64,000 bases of DNA, from assembly GCA_964291415.2 (NCBI GenBank), contig OZ219919.1:116021-180020 (forward strand), in the 5' to 3' direction. The translations under genes were made by a program, and so were the position numbers. Positions 18,516-28,745 of this stretch are shown here, piece by piece. The stretch comes from Alphaproteobacteria bacterium. Its GTDB lineage: Bacteria > Pseudomonadota > Alphaproteobacteria > SP197. The notes under the pieces were generated by a model. The model was not told where the DNA came from. It searched no databases and saw nothing but the letters and a program-made list of their open reading frames with translations. How positions within the stretch are numbered: the stretch's first letter is position 1; every line of letters starts with the position of its first letter.

Positions 18516-19313
18516 ATGTCGCTGGAACTTGCCGTCGGCGGCCACGCCGTCTTCGCAGCCACCGGCGGCAGGACCTTCGATGCGGCACTGCCGGTGGTTC
18601 TCTTCGTCCACGGCGCCTCCATGAACCGCACGGTCTGGTCGGCCCAGGCCCGCTGGTTTGCCCACCATGGCCACGCCGTCCTCGCCGTCGACCTGCCCGG
18701 ACACGGCCGGTCGGAGGGGCCGCCCCTGCCGTCGGTCGGCGCCGTCGCCGACTGGCTCATCGGTGTTCTCGATGCCGCCGGAGTGGCCACGGCCTCCCTG
18801 GTCGGACATTCCATGGGTTCGCTGCCCGTCCTTGAGGCCGCTTCGCGCTACCCGTCGCGGTGCACACGCATCGTGCTGCTGGGCACCAGCGTGCCGATGC
18901 CCGTCACCGATGCCCTGCTGGAGAACGCCCGGATCAACAGCCATGCCGCCTACGACATGGTGACCGTCTGGGGACACAGTCGTGCCGCCCAGATGGGAGG
19001 CTCGGACGTCCCGGGGCTGTGGATCACCGGCGGCGGCATGCGTCTGCTCGAACGCGGCGGCGACGGCGTCCTCTACAACGACATGAAGGCCTGCAACGAC
19101 TACACGAACGGCCTCGAGGCGGCCGCCAGGGTCGGCTGCCCGGCGACGCTCATCCTCGGTGACAGGGACATGATGACGCCGCCGCGCAATGCCCGGGCCC
19201 TCATCGACGCGCTGCCCGATGGCCGCATGATCGTGCTGGAGGGATGCGGCCACATGATGATGGCAGAACGCCCCAACCTGACTCTCGACGCCCTCATCGA
19301 CGCCCTGACATAG
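18516..19313 (+). CDS. Alpha/beta hydrolase
   Basis: FVHGA, DLPGHGRS, GHSMG, GHMMMAERP. Confidence 0.9.
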   Translation: MSLELAVGGHAVFAATGGRTFDAALPVVLFVHGASMNRTVWSAQARWFAHHGHAVLAVDLPGHGRSEGPPLPSVGAVADWLIGVLDAAGVATASLVGHSMGSLPVLEAASRYPSRCTRIVLLGTSVPMPVTDALLENARINSHAAYDMVTVWGHSRAAQMGGSDVPGLWITGGGMRLLERGGDGVLYNDMKACNDYTNGLEAAARVGCPATLILGDRDMMTPPRNARALIDALPDGRMIVLEGCGHMMMAERPNLTLDALIDALT

Positions 19314-19336
19314 ATGGAAACGCCCGAATTGCGCCT

Positions 19337-19381
19337 CTCATGACCCAAGGGTCGCAGGTTCAGGTCTTTCCCTCGCAACCA
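19337..19381 (+). pseudogene. Degenerate 3' half of initiator tRNA-Met (att-like scar)
   Basis: CTCATGACCCAAGGGTCGCAGGTTCAGGTCTTTCCCTCGCAACCA resembles CTCATAACCCGAAGGTCGCAGGTTCAAATCCTGCCCCCGCAACCA. No D-arm or 5' acceptor strand. Confidence 0.65.
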
Positions 19382-19576
19382 CTGAACGCACTGGTGCTGT
19401 CGGAAGCCTTCGAGCTCCTGCCAGGCCTGGGATGTGATCGGTCAACACGAGCAGGCAGATACGCCGCGGCGTTGCACGGGACCGAATGATCATCGGGCCA
19501 GCGGCCACCGCGCGGCTCTTCTGTGATATGGTTCCCGATTGCGAACGTCACGTTCCGCCGGTTCGAGGGGCAGGAC

Positions 19577-21814
19577 ATGGACCAGGACGCCTTGCGCTAT
19601 CACGCAGCAGGCAGGCCGGGGAAACTGGCGATCCGCCCGACCAAGCCGCTGGCCAACCAACGCGACCTTGCGCTTGCCTATTCCCCGGGCGTCGCAGAGG
19701 CGAGCAACGCGATCGCCGAACGTCCGGAAGATGCGGCGCGCTACACGGCGCGAGCCAACCTGGTCGCAGTCGTCACCAACGGCTCGGCCGTACTCGGGCT
19801 TGGCAACATCGGGGCGCTGGCGGCAAAGCCGGTCATGGAAGGCAAAGCCGTCCTTTTCAAGAGATTCGCCGATATAGACGTGTTCGACATCGAGATCGAC
19901 GAGAGCGATCCGGACGCGCTGGCCGACACGATCCGGCGACTCGAACCGGCTTTCGGCGCCATCAATCTGGAAGACATCAAGGCGCCCGATTGTTTCCAGG
20001 TAGAGAACCGGCTGAAGGCGGAGATGAACATCCCCGTCTTCCACGACGACCAGCACGGCACCGCCATCGTCGTCGCCGCCGCCGTCGTCAACGGCATGCA
20101 TCTCCTGGGCAAGGACCTCAGCCGGGTCAAGCTGGTTTCGACCGGCGGCGGCGCAGCCGGCATCGCCTGCCTGAATCTGCTTCTGGACCTCGGGCTGAAA
20201 CGCGAGAATGTCTGGTTGGTCGACATCGAAGGGCTCGTCCACAAAGGGCGTCACGCGGAGCCGCACAAGGCCGCCTTCGCCCGGGACACCTGCGCGCGAA
20301 CCCTGGACGATGCGATCGACGGCGCAGAGGTCTTTCTCGGCCTTTCCGGGCCGAACGTGCTGAGTTCCGAACAGTGCCGACGCATGGGACCGGAACCCAT
20401 GGTCATGGCGCTGGCCAACCCGGTGCCGGAGATTATGCCCGAAGAGGTTCGCACCGTGCGGCCGGACGCCATTGTCTGCACCGGGCGGACCGACTATCCC
20501 AACCAGGTCAACAACGTCCTGTGCTTTCCATTCATTTTTCGCGGCGCGCTCGATGTCGGCGCGACGGCCATCAACAGGGAGATGGAACTTGCCTGCGTCT
20601 CCGCGCTAGCCGAACTGGCGCGCGCGGGCATTACGGACGAGGTCGCCCGGGCCTATGGCGAAGAACGGCTGAAGTTCGGCCGCGACTACCTCTTGCCCCG
20701 GCCCTTCGATCCGCGGCTTCTCGGCGCGATCGCGCCGGCCGTCGCCGGGGCGGCGATGGCGAGCGGTGTCGCGACGCGCCCGCTCGAGAGTCTCGACGCC
20801 TACCGTACCCGGCTTTCCAGTTTCGTTTACCGAACCAGCTTCCTGATGCGGCCCATCTTCGACAGCGCCCGGGCGGCGCCGCGCAAGGTGATCTTTGCCG
20901 AGGGCGAGGACCGGCGGGTACTCCGGGCAATCCAGAACATCCTCGATGAGGGCATCGCGGCACCCGTCGCCACCGGACGGGCAGACCGGATCGCTGCCCT
21001 GTGCGCCGAAATGGGCCTGCGCGTGGCGCCCGACCGGGATTTCGAAGTGTTCGACCATGATGACGAGGAGCTGATCGAGCGTTATGGCGCAAGGCTCCAC
21101 AGTCTGCGCGCCCGCGACGGAATCGGCCCGGAGGCCGCCCGCAAGCTGTTCCGGACCAGCGACACTCTGGCCGCGGCAATGCACGTCCGCGAGGGCGGAG
21201 CGGCCTGCCTGATCTGCGGTACCTCGGGTCACTATTCGACCCATCTGGAACGTGTCGACCAGATACTGGGAACCCGGGCGGAAACCGTTGCGGCCCTGGT
21301 GCCGCTGATCATGGAGTCCGGCACCGTCTTCATCGCCGACGGCTACGTGAACTACGAGCCGGATGCGGAAGCCATTGCCGGGATCTGCCGTGCGGCGGCG
21401 GCGCAGGTCCAGGCCTTCGGCCAGATCCCGCGGGTCGCGTTGATCAGCCATGCCAATTTCGGTGCTCATTCCAGCCCGAGCGCGGCCCGGATGCGCCGTG
21501 CGACCGAAATCCTCGCCGAGACGCACGCCGATTTCGAATTCGAGGGCGAGATGCAGCTCAACCTGGCCTTCGACAAGGCAGCGCGCGATCGCTTCCTGCC
21601 CGAAGCGCGCCTCACCGACCGCGCCAACATCCTGGTCTTTCCGGGGATGGACGCAGCCAATGCGGCGATCCACGCGCTGTCGGCCCTTGGCAACGCCCAG
21701 CCGATCGGCCCGATCCTGCTCGGCTATGACGGCGCAGCCCACATCGTCACACCGAATGCCACCGTCCGCGGCCTGCTCAACGTCGCCGCCATCGCCAGTG
21801 CCGGAAAGGTCTGA
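19577..21814 (+). CDS. maeB: NADP-dependent malic enzyme with phosphotransacetylase-like domain
   Basis: DLALAYSPGVA, KPVMEGK, INLEDIKAP, FHDDQHGTA, DYPNQVNNVL, FAEGED. Confidence 0.95.
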   Translation: MDQDALRYHAAGRPGKLAIRPTKPLANQRDLALAYSPGVAEASNAIAERPEDAARYTARANLVAVVTNGSAVLGLGNIGALAAKPVMEGKAVLFKRFADIDVFDIEIDESDPDALADTIRRLEPAFGAINLEDIKAPDCFQVENRLKAEMNIPVFHDDQHGTAIVVAAAVVNGMHLLGKDLSRVKLVSTGGGAAGIACLNLLLDLGLKRENVWLVDIEGLVHKGRHAEPHKAAFARDTCARTLDDAIDGAEVFLGLSGPNVLSSEQCRRMGPEPMVMALANPVPEIMPEEVRTVRPDAIVCTGRTDYPNQVNNVLCFPFIFRGALDVGATAINREMELACVSALAELARAGITDEVARAYGEERLKFGRDYLLPRPFDPRLLGAIAPAVAGAAMASGVATRPLESLDAYRTRLSSFVYRTSFLMRPIFDSARAAPRKVIFAEGEDRRVLRAIQNILDEGIAAPVATGRADRIAALCAEMGLRVAPDRDFEVFDHDDEELIERYGARLHSLRARDGIGPEAARKLFRTSDTLAAAMHVREGGAACLICGTSGHYSTHLERVDQILGTRAETVAALVPLIMESGTVFIADGYVNYEPDAEAIAGICRAAAAQVQAFGQIPRVALISHANFGAHSSPSAARMRRATEILAETHADFEFEGEMQLNLAFDKAARDRFLPEARLTDRANILVFPGMDAANAAIHALSALGNAQPIGPILLGYDGAAHIVTPNATVRGLLNVAAIASAGKV

Positions 21815-21952
21815 TCGACAGAACGGGCCGAATGACAGCGTTGCAGAGCCGCGACCGCGAAGCGCAGGATTCCAACCAGCCCGTGACCGTCCTTCCCCGT
21901 CTGGCCCGCCAGAACGCCAAGTTCGACCTGCCGTTGACCACTATCACGTCGT

Positions 21953-22405
21953 CTATGGATGCGCCCGGTAGCCGACATCCTCGGCAGGGCCGGCCCGCGT
22001 CTCCGGTTCCTCCCCGGCGTAGGCGTCAAGCTCGATCACGTTGCGGTCGGGATCGCGGATGAAGACCGCCCGCAGGTCCCTGAACGAGAACTGGCCGCTG
22101 AGCGGAATGCCGCTCTCCGCAAGGAACGCCTTGGCGGCGTCGAGCGAGGCCACCTTGAACGAGACGTGGGTGATGCCCGGATACTTCTCGTCCACGTCCA
22201 TCAGGATGTTCGTGTCGTGCGTGGTGTTCGCCGGACCGAGCAGGTTGAGCACGACGCCCGAGGGATGCTGCATGATGATCGGGTGGCCCTTCTCGAAGCC
22301 CGCGTCGGCGAGGGTCCTGAAGCCGAGACGTTCGTAGAACGCGATGGATACGGCCCTGTCGCTGACCCGGATGCCGATGTGGTCCACCTTCTCGATGTCG
22401 AGCAT
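21953..22405 (-). CDS. VOC/glyoxalase family protein
   Basis: VDHIGIRV, THVSF, FIRDPDRNVIEL. Confidence 0.9.
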   Translation of the reverse strand: MLDIEKVDHIGIRVSDRAVSIAFYERLGFRTLADAGFEKGHPIIMQHPSGVVLNLLGPANTTHDTNILMDVDEKYPGITHVSFKVASLDAAKAFLAESGIPLSGQFSFRDLRAVFIRDPDRNVIELDAYAGEEPETRAGPAEDVGYRAHP

Positions 22406-22517
22406 GTTCAGCACACTCCCGTAGCGCCGGCCGGTGCGGCCGGCATGGTAGGGTTCCGGAATTGAGGCCACAAGATCCGGCGCCGCAGGCGCGGTTCGAA
22501 GAAGAGGGGCGAATCTC

Positions 22518-24326
22518 ATGGCGTTTCTCGAACAGGTTGCCATCTTTCTCGCCGCGGCCGTGGTCGTCGTCCCGCTTGCCAGGCGAGCCGGAATGGGTTC
22601 GGTTCTCGGCTACATGCTGGCGGGCCTGATCGTCGGTCCCTGGGCGCTGGACCTTGTCGACGACGAGCAGGAGATCCTTCATTTCGCCGAACTCGGCGTC
22701 GTCCTGCTGCTGTTCGTCATCGGCCTCGAACTGCAGCCGCTGCGTCTATGGGCCATGCGCCGGGCGGTGTTCGGGCTGGGCGGAGGGCAATTCGCGCTGA
22801 CCGTTGTAGCACTCGCCGGTCTCGCCTTGGCGTTGGGACTGCCGCTCGAGGCCGCCGTGGTTGCCGGACTCGCCCTGTCGCTGTCGTCAACCGCCTTCGC
22901 ATTGCAGGCGCTCTCCGAGCGCAACGAACTCACGACCCGCCACGGCCGCCTGTCGTTCTCGATCCTGCTGTTCCAGGACCTCGCGGTGATCCCCATCCTG
23001 GCCCTTCTGCCCCTTCTGGCGCCCGCGTCCACAAGCGCCGGCGAGGGAGCTCTCTGGCTCGATATCGCCAAGGCGGTCGGCCTGATCGTGCTGATGGTGC
23101 TCGGTGGCCGCTACCTCCTGCGCCACGTGCTGCGGCTCGTGGCGCGGTTTGGCACGCACGAGGTGTTCACCGCGACGGCCTTGCTCACGGTCGTGGGCGT
23201 GGCCCTGCTGATGGACCTGGTCGGCCTCTCGATGGCCCTTGGCGCGTTCCTGGCCGGCGTGCTGCTCGCCGATTCCGAGTACCGGCACGAACTCGAAGCC
23301 GATATCGAGCCCTTCAAGGGGCTGCTTCTCGGCCTGTTCTTCATGGCAGTCGGAATGACTGTCAACATCGGCCTGGTGATCGAAACGCCCCTTGCCGTGC
23401 TGGGCCTCGCGCTCGGTCTGATGGTGGTGAAGATGCTCTGCCTGATCGCCGTCGCGCGTGTCGAGACGGCGAACTGGCGCACGATCCGCGGCACGGCCGT
23501 GGCGCTCTCGCAGGGAGGCGAGTTCGCCTTCGTCATCCTCGCGCTTGGCGTGTCTTCCACGCTGATGGACGGGCGCACCGCCGACATGCTGATCGTCGCG
23601 GTGACACTCTCGATGGCGGCAACGCCGCTGGCTCTCAGGGCGGGCGACTGGCTGAATGTCCGGCTGGCGCCGAAAGCGGAACCCGCGTACGAGCAGAACA
23701 TCGAGGAGGAGAACCGGGTCATCATCGCCGGGTTCGGGCGGGTCGGCCAGATCGTGGGCCGCATCCTGCGCATGCGCCGTATCGGTTTCACCGCGCTCGA
23801 GACAAGCTCGGACCAGGTCGACTTCGTGCGCCGTTTCGGCAGCAAGGTCTACTATGGCGATGCGAGCCGCGTCGAACTGCTGCGCGCCGCGAATGCCGAC
23901 AAGGCGGTTCTCTTCGTGCTGGCGATCGAGGATGTCGAGCAATCGCTCGTGACGGCGCGTGCCGTGCGCAGACATTTCCCGCACCTCACGATCTTCGCTC
24001 GCGCGCGCAACCGCCAGCACGCCCACGCGTTGATGGACCTCGGCATCACGCACATTGTGCGCGACACCTTTCACTCGAGCCTCGAGCTTGCCCGCACGAT
24101 CCTGACGGAACTGGGCCTCGACGCCTTCGAGAGCCGACGAACCGTCAACACGTTCCGCGACCACGACACCCAGCGCCTGCTCCGGCAACACGCAATCGCA
24201 CACGACACCGACCGCATGGCTGAAGAGGCCAAGCATTGGACCCGTGAGCTCGAAGAGATGTTCGCCGAGGATGAACGAAACGCCGCCGAGGAAGGCCGCC
24301 AGGATCCCGTCGGCGGGACGCGGTGA
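22518..24326 (+). CDS. kefC: Glutathione-regulated K+ efflux antiporter (CPA2, KefB/KefC)
   Basis: AELGVVLLLFVIGLE, ILLFQDLA, SEYRHELEADIEPFKGLLLGLFF, KTN domain IAGFGRVGQ. Confidence 0.93.
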   Translation: MAFLEQVAIFLAAAVVVVPLARRAGMGSVLGYMLAGLIVGPWALDLVDDEQEILHFAELGVVLLLFVIGLELQPLRLWAMRRAVFGLGGGQFALTVVALAGLALALGLPLEAAVVAGLALSLSSTAFALQALSERNELTTRHGRLSFSILLFQDLAVIPILALLPLLAPASTSAGEGALWLDIAKAVGLIVLMVLGGRYLLRHVLRLVARFGTHEVFTATALLTVVGVALLMDLVGLSMALGAFLAGVLLADSEYRHELEADIEPFKGLLLGLFFMAVGMTVNIGLVIETPLAVLGLALGLMVVKMLCLIAVARVETANWRTIRGTAVALSQGGEFAFVILALGVSSTLMDGRTADMLIVAVTLSMAATPLALRAGDWLNVRLAPKAEPAYEQNIEEENRVIIAGFGRVGQIVGRILRMRRIGFTALETSSDQVDFVRRFGSKVYYGDASRVELLRAANADKAVLFVLAIEDVEQSLVTARAVRRHFPHLTIFARARNRQHAHALMDLGITHIVRDTFHSSLELARTILTELGLDAFESRRTVNTFRDHDTQRLLRQHAIAHDTDRMAEEAKHWTRELEEMFAEDERNAAEEGRQDPVGGTR

Positions 24327-24805
24327 TCTTGTGAGGAGTCGGGCGGCGGGCGTGACCACACGCGTCGACCGGCCACGGACGCGCGACAACGAGAGCGGAT
24401 GCCGGCCTGTGCGACGCTCCCGATCATGACAGCTGCGCCATCTCGCGCTGGCCACCTGCGAGCCATCACGTTCAACAATGCGCCGGCGTCAGGCCGGACT
24501 CGCCGCAGAGTTCGTCGGTCAGGATACCGCGGTCGGGTGCATGAATGTCCATGAGTCCGGCGGGAGCACAGGCGGGCCTGTCATGCAGTTCGTCGTGGCC
24601 GGTTCACCATGCCCCGGACGTACCGCCGCATCGTGGAAGCGATCCTTTTCTCCGTGTCTCGCCGGCTCCTTGCGGTCGCTCGCGCGAGAAGCGAGGGGAC
24701 GCGTGGCGATGACCCGAACGGCCGTTCGAGGCATCGTCACACGATCCGTGCATCACTTCGCTGTCCGACGGCGACGCCGCCCTGCCCTGCCGCCAGCGGG
24801 ATGCC

Positions 24806-26194
24806 TCAGGCAAGGGTGGATTCAAGCTGGGCGATGAGTTTCTTCTTGCCTTCAGGGTCGAGCTTGCCGATTTCGGCGTTGAGCAGGCCGATGTTGGGGC
24901 GTTGATTCCACCAGTCAACGGCCTCGCCGCCGTGCAGAGCCCAACGCCCCACCATGCCGCGGGTCACCTCGTTGCTCGGTCCCATGACCCAGCCAGCCTT
25001 GGAGTCCCGCAGCAGGCGCTCGATCTCGAGGTTGCGGCTGAACCCTGAGCCGCCGAACAGGCGGAACATGCGCTCGGTGACCTCGCTGGCGGCGCGGGCC
25101 GCCACTTCCTTCACCTTCAGGCCCCACAGGATGTAAGGGGAGCGGGGTCGCGCATCGGGATCCTCCTCGTACAGGACCCAGTCGCCGTTATTGGTGGCCC
25201 GGTCCAGTTGTTGGCAGAAGCCGAAGAGGAACATTCGTGCGGCCTGGGCGTCCACCAGGCTGGTTCCGTAGACATCGTGCGTTGTCGGATAGTCTGCAAC
25301 GCACTGACCGAAGTTGGCGTGACGCCGCCTGGTTGTATAGCGCCTGGCGACATCCAGGGCCCCCATGGCCACTCCGCAGTAGAGCGCGCCGTACATGATC
25401 ATCCCCACCGCGTTGACGGCCTCGTCGTTGGACGCGGCGCCGTCGCCCGGCGGACCCACCATGCGGTCTTCCGGCAGCACCACGTCAAAATCGACAGGAC
25501 CAGAACTGGTAGCCCGCATGCCCATGACGTCCCAAAGACCCGGGTTGGGCTTCATTTCGTCCTCGTAGACGAGGAAGACGGAGAGGTCGGAATAGTCTCC
25601 GTCGAAGCCGGGGCTTGTCGTCTGGGTCGTCATCCAGCGCGCCTCGCCGCAGGAGGTGGTGAACGCCGAACTTTTCCTGACATGCCAGCCGCCGTCGACC
25701 TTCTCGACGCCGGAGACCTTGGGATACCAGAAGTGGCCGCCCGTCTCCGGATCGGTATAGGAGGCCGAGCCGATCATGACGTCGGTGTCGATGCGGGCAA
25801 GGAGCTCCTGTATGGCCCGATTGCCTCCGGCGCGGAACAGAAGCGCCGCGAGACCGGCCATGTGCATCATGAAGATCACCCCGGTCGATGGACAGCCGTA
25901 GCGCGTGATGGTCTCGCCGATCATCGCGAGGCCCGTGTGATTCTCGCCACGGCCGCCCCACTTTTCAGGCACGATGCAACCGAGCAGCCGCAGCTCGGCC
26001 AGAGCCTTCACGCTCTCCCAGGGATAGGCGCCCGACTCGTCGCACGTGGCCGCGTTGGGACGAATGACATCGTGGCACACTTCAATGAGCTGGCGCTGGA
26101 GCTTCTTCTGCTCATCGGTGAGGAACCACTGGGGGTCGAATTCGTAGTCCAGGCCGTAGTAGGGCTCTCCACCCCAGAGCTTCGTGTTGTCCAC
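24806..26194 (-). CDS. Acyl-CoA dehydrogenase family protein
   Basis: LTDEQ, VPEKWGG, YTDPETG, MGMRAT, FGGSGF..IERLLRD. GGAGG RBS before a GTG start. Confidence 0.9.
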   Translation of the reverse strand: MDNTKLWGGEPYYGLDYEFDPQWFLTDEQKKLQRQLIEVCHDVIRPNAATCDESGAYPWESVKALAELRLLGCIVPEKWGGRGENHTGLAMIGETITRYGCPSTGVIFMMHMAGLAALLFRAGGNRAIQELLARIDTDVMIGSASYTDPETGGHFWYPKVSGVEKVDGGWHVRKSSAFTTSCGEARWMTTQTTSPGFDGDYSDLSVFLVYEDEMKPNPGLWDVMGMRATSSGPVDFDVVLPEDRMVGPPGDGAASNDEAVNAVGMIMYGALYCGVAMGALDVARRYTTRRRHANFGQCVADYPTTHDVYGTSLVDAQAARMFLFGFCQQLDRATNNGDWVLYEEDPDARPRSPYILWGLKVKEVAARAASEVTERMFRLFGGSGFSRNLEIERLLRDSKAGWVMGPSNEVTRGMVGRWALHGGEAVDWWNQRPNIGLLNAEIGKLDPEGKKKLIAQLESTLA

Positions 26195-26490
26195 CGTTTC
26201 CTCCAGTGTTGGTCGATTTCCCTGTTGCGCCCTGCCCGGAATGCACTGTTCCTCGCCGTGGTTCGCGGCAAGCAACGAGGCAGGCCCGTCACTGACGGCC
26301 CCCGGGACACGATCGGACTGACGGGAGGAGCCGCACGTTCAGTCCGCCGCCGCCCGCAATTCTTCGACACACGTGACGGGGACCATGCGGGCCGTGTTTC
26401 CCTGACGGGTCCTGTGCCGCCCTGCGGATGTCCCGCCGGGCATCCGCCCGTGCTCCTCATCGGACTTTCCGAACACGGCCGGATTCGCGA

Positions 26491-27018
26491 TCAGCGGATG
26501 AAGTTGTGCACGAAATCGCCGCCCAGGCCCACCTTTTCGAAGTGATCCCGGCACATCTCGATCAGACCGATGTTGTCCTCGATCGAAAGGATGTTCTCGT
26601 CTTCGTCCATGTAGATCAGCGAACCGCCGACATAGAAGTACGTGATCATTTCCTTGCAGTCGGCATCAACGGTCAGCGTGTGCACCTCGCCCGGAGCCTC
26701 ATAGATGTACGAGCCCTGCTTCGCTCTCCAGGTGTGCTCCTTGTAGTGCCACTCGCCCTTGATCACGAAGCCGTGCACCGCTGCGGTGTGGCGATGGCGG
26801 CCCAGGGTCGCGGGCCCGTGGATCTTGAGAAGCTCGCTGTGGGCGCCGGTCACCATGTCAAACATCAACGGGCGGAAGAAGATGTTGGGCTCAATCTCGA
26901 CCCACATCCTCTCGTCGCTGGTGTCCCAGACCACCATCTCGGGTTTCTGCCCGAGATGGGCCAGGACCGGCTCGTCGAAACCGATGAACGCTCCGGGATC
27001 CGTCACGATTGCATCCAT
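26491..27018 (-). CDS. Cupin, 2,4'-dihydroxyacetophenone dioxygenase family
   Basis: FRPLMFD, LGRHRH, GEWHYKEHTW, YEAPGEVHTL. Confidence 0.85.
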   Translation of the reverse strand: MDAIVTDPGAFIGFDEPVLAHLGQKPEMVVWDTSDERMWVEIEPNIFFRPLMFDMVTGAHSELLKIHGPATLGRHRHTAAVHGFVIKGEWHYKEHTWRAKQGSYIYEAPGEVHTLTVDADCKEMITYFYVGGSLIYMDEDENILSIEDNIGLIEMCRDHFEKVGLGGDFVHNFIR

Positions 27019-27630
27019 TCCTTGTGTCTCCTCGTGTGTGCCGTCAAGCATGCCGTCGACGATCGCTTGGGTCCAGTGATCGACGCGCTCCGCCGCATTG
27101 GCGGGGCCATGAGCTAAGGGTAAACGGGCACACGTGACGGCAACTGTCTGCCGCCACCGTGACACCGGTGGCCTCCACGTGCGGCGAGTGGACGCAAGCC
27201 TCACAGGTTGGTCGTGGCGGTGCAGGAGCCCGTAACGTTGTCGGACCGGGTGCGACGTCAGGCCGGTCTCTCCGTCCCCGGGAACGGGAAAAAGCCGCCA
27301 GTTGCAGGTCTTCCAATTGACGCCCACGCGGCCATCGAGGTTTCAGTCCAGCGTCGTGGCGTCCCGCTCCGGTGTTCCGCCACCAGACGAGCCGGTTTGG
27401 CCTGCTCGTGTTCGGGTCCAGCGATGCGTTGGCCGGCGATTGCGTTGAGTTCCAAGCCGGGATCGAACAGGCTGTCGCGATGTCGGTCTGTCCTGTGAGG
27501 GGCGGACACAATGGCAGGGCCTCGAGGGTGGAGAGGCGGAGATTTCAATCTGGCCGATTCGGGTTAGCATCTTCGAAACCGGCATGGCCCCGCCCATGGC
27601 AGCCATGCGGGGCGTGAGGAAGGAGACACC

Positions 27631-28698
27631 ATGCTTGGCCACGAAACGAGAGCGGTTCGCATCGATGTCCTGCGGACCTACATGCAACGTCTCCTGGAAG
27701 CGGTGGGGTTCGACCGGGAGGCTGCGGCCGTCGTGGCGGACGTGCATCTTGAATCCGATTTGAGAGGCGTGGGCGTGCAGGGCTTCAATCACCTGATCAA
27801 CAGCCACCTGCAGTACTACCGGAAGGGCGAGGCCGATCCGGCCGCAAGACCTGTTATCGTCAGGGGAAAGGCCTGCTTTGCGCTCATAGACGGAAACTCG
27901 GGCCCGGGTCCGCTGGCCGGACTTCTGGCGGCCGAGGTCGCGGCCGCCAAGGCGAAACTCGCCGGGTGCGCGGTCGTCGGGGTCAGAAACAGCCATGACC
28001 TGTTTCACGCGGGCTTGTACGCGGAGCGCATGGCAAACCGGGATGTGGTCGGCATGGTGTTCAGCGACGACGTCGTACCCGTGGTCCACCCGGTCGGCGG
28101 CGTCGAACCCGTCATCGGCAGCAACCCTATGGCGTTCTCGGTTCCGACCGGAAGCACGCCGTTTCTGGCCGATTTCACACCCTGCGCAACGCTCCCCACC
28201 TACGTGCGCTATTCCCGGCGCTACCGGGGCAGACTCCCCGACGGAGTGGCTCACGACGGGTCCGGGCGTTCCACGAGCGACCCCGACCTGGTGTGCGACG
28301 GCCTCAACTACACCCGCGATATCGGCGCTATCGACCCGGGCGGACACAAGGGCTACGGTCTGTTGCTGCTGATCGATTTCCTTTCGGGCGCCCTGGTTGG
28401 TTGTGACATGGGCGTGGACCACGTGGAAAAGGAGAGGGCCCTCAAGGGTCACCTGTTCATCGCGATCGACCCGGAGATGTTTGGCAGCATCGAGGGCTTC
28501 AAACGCTCCGTGGGGCAGCGCCTCGGAGCGGTCAAGTCCTCCAGGAAGGCTCCCGGAGTGACGGAAATCAGGTATCCCGGTGAGGGCAGCGCCGCGCGCC
28601 GGAGGCGTGCGCTCGAAGAGGGCGAGGTGCGGATCGACCGCCACTGCTGGGAGGACGGTCTGGCAATTGGCAGGGAACTCGGCGTCGCGCCGCCGTAG
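27631..28698 (+). CDS. Ldh_2 family oxidoreductase (malate/L-sulfolactate/ureidoglycolate dehydrogenase-like)
   Basis: SDLRG, IDGNSG.G, VRNSH, GSNPMAF, GGHKGYGL, FIAIDP, RYPGE. Confidence 0.88.
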   Translation: MLGHETRAVRIDVLRTYMQRLLEAVGFDREAAAVVADVHLESDLRGVGVQGFNHLINSHLQYYRKGEADPAARPVIVRGKACFALIDGNSGPGPLAGLLAAEVAAAKAKLAGCAVVGVRNSHDLFHAGLYAERMANRDVVGMVFSDDVVPVVHPVGGVEPVIGSNPMAFSVPTGSTPFLADFTPCATLPTYVRYSRRYRGRLPDGVAHDGSGRSTSDPDLVCDGLNYTRDIGAIDPGGHKGYGLLLLIDFLSGALVGCDMGVDHVEKERALKGHLFIAIDPEMFGSIEGFKRSVGQRLGAVKSSRKAPGVTEIRYPGEGSAARRRRALEEGEVRIDRHCWEDGLAIGRELGVAPP

Positions 28699-28745
28699 GC
28701 TCGTCTGTCGGTCCGTCGTGCCGCCAGAAATGAGAGGAGAGACAC

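Noticed and set aside
21855-21885. REP-like motif (gaagcgcaggattccaaccagc)
   Set aside because: It is a single degenerate copy with no partner repeat or RAYT transposase seen.
27019-27630. Possible gene relic in the gap between the cupin and Ldh2 genes
   Set aside because: No frame could be assigned to a family without a search.
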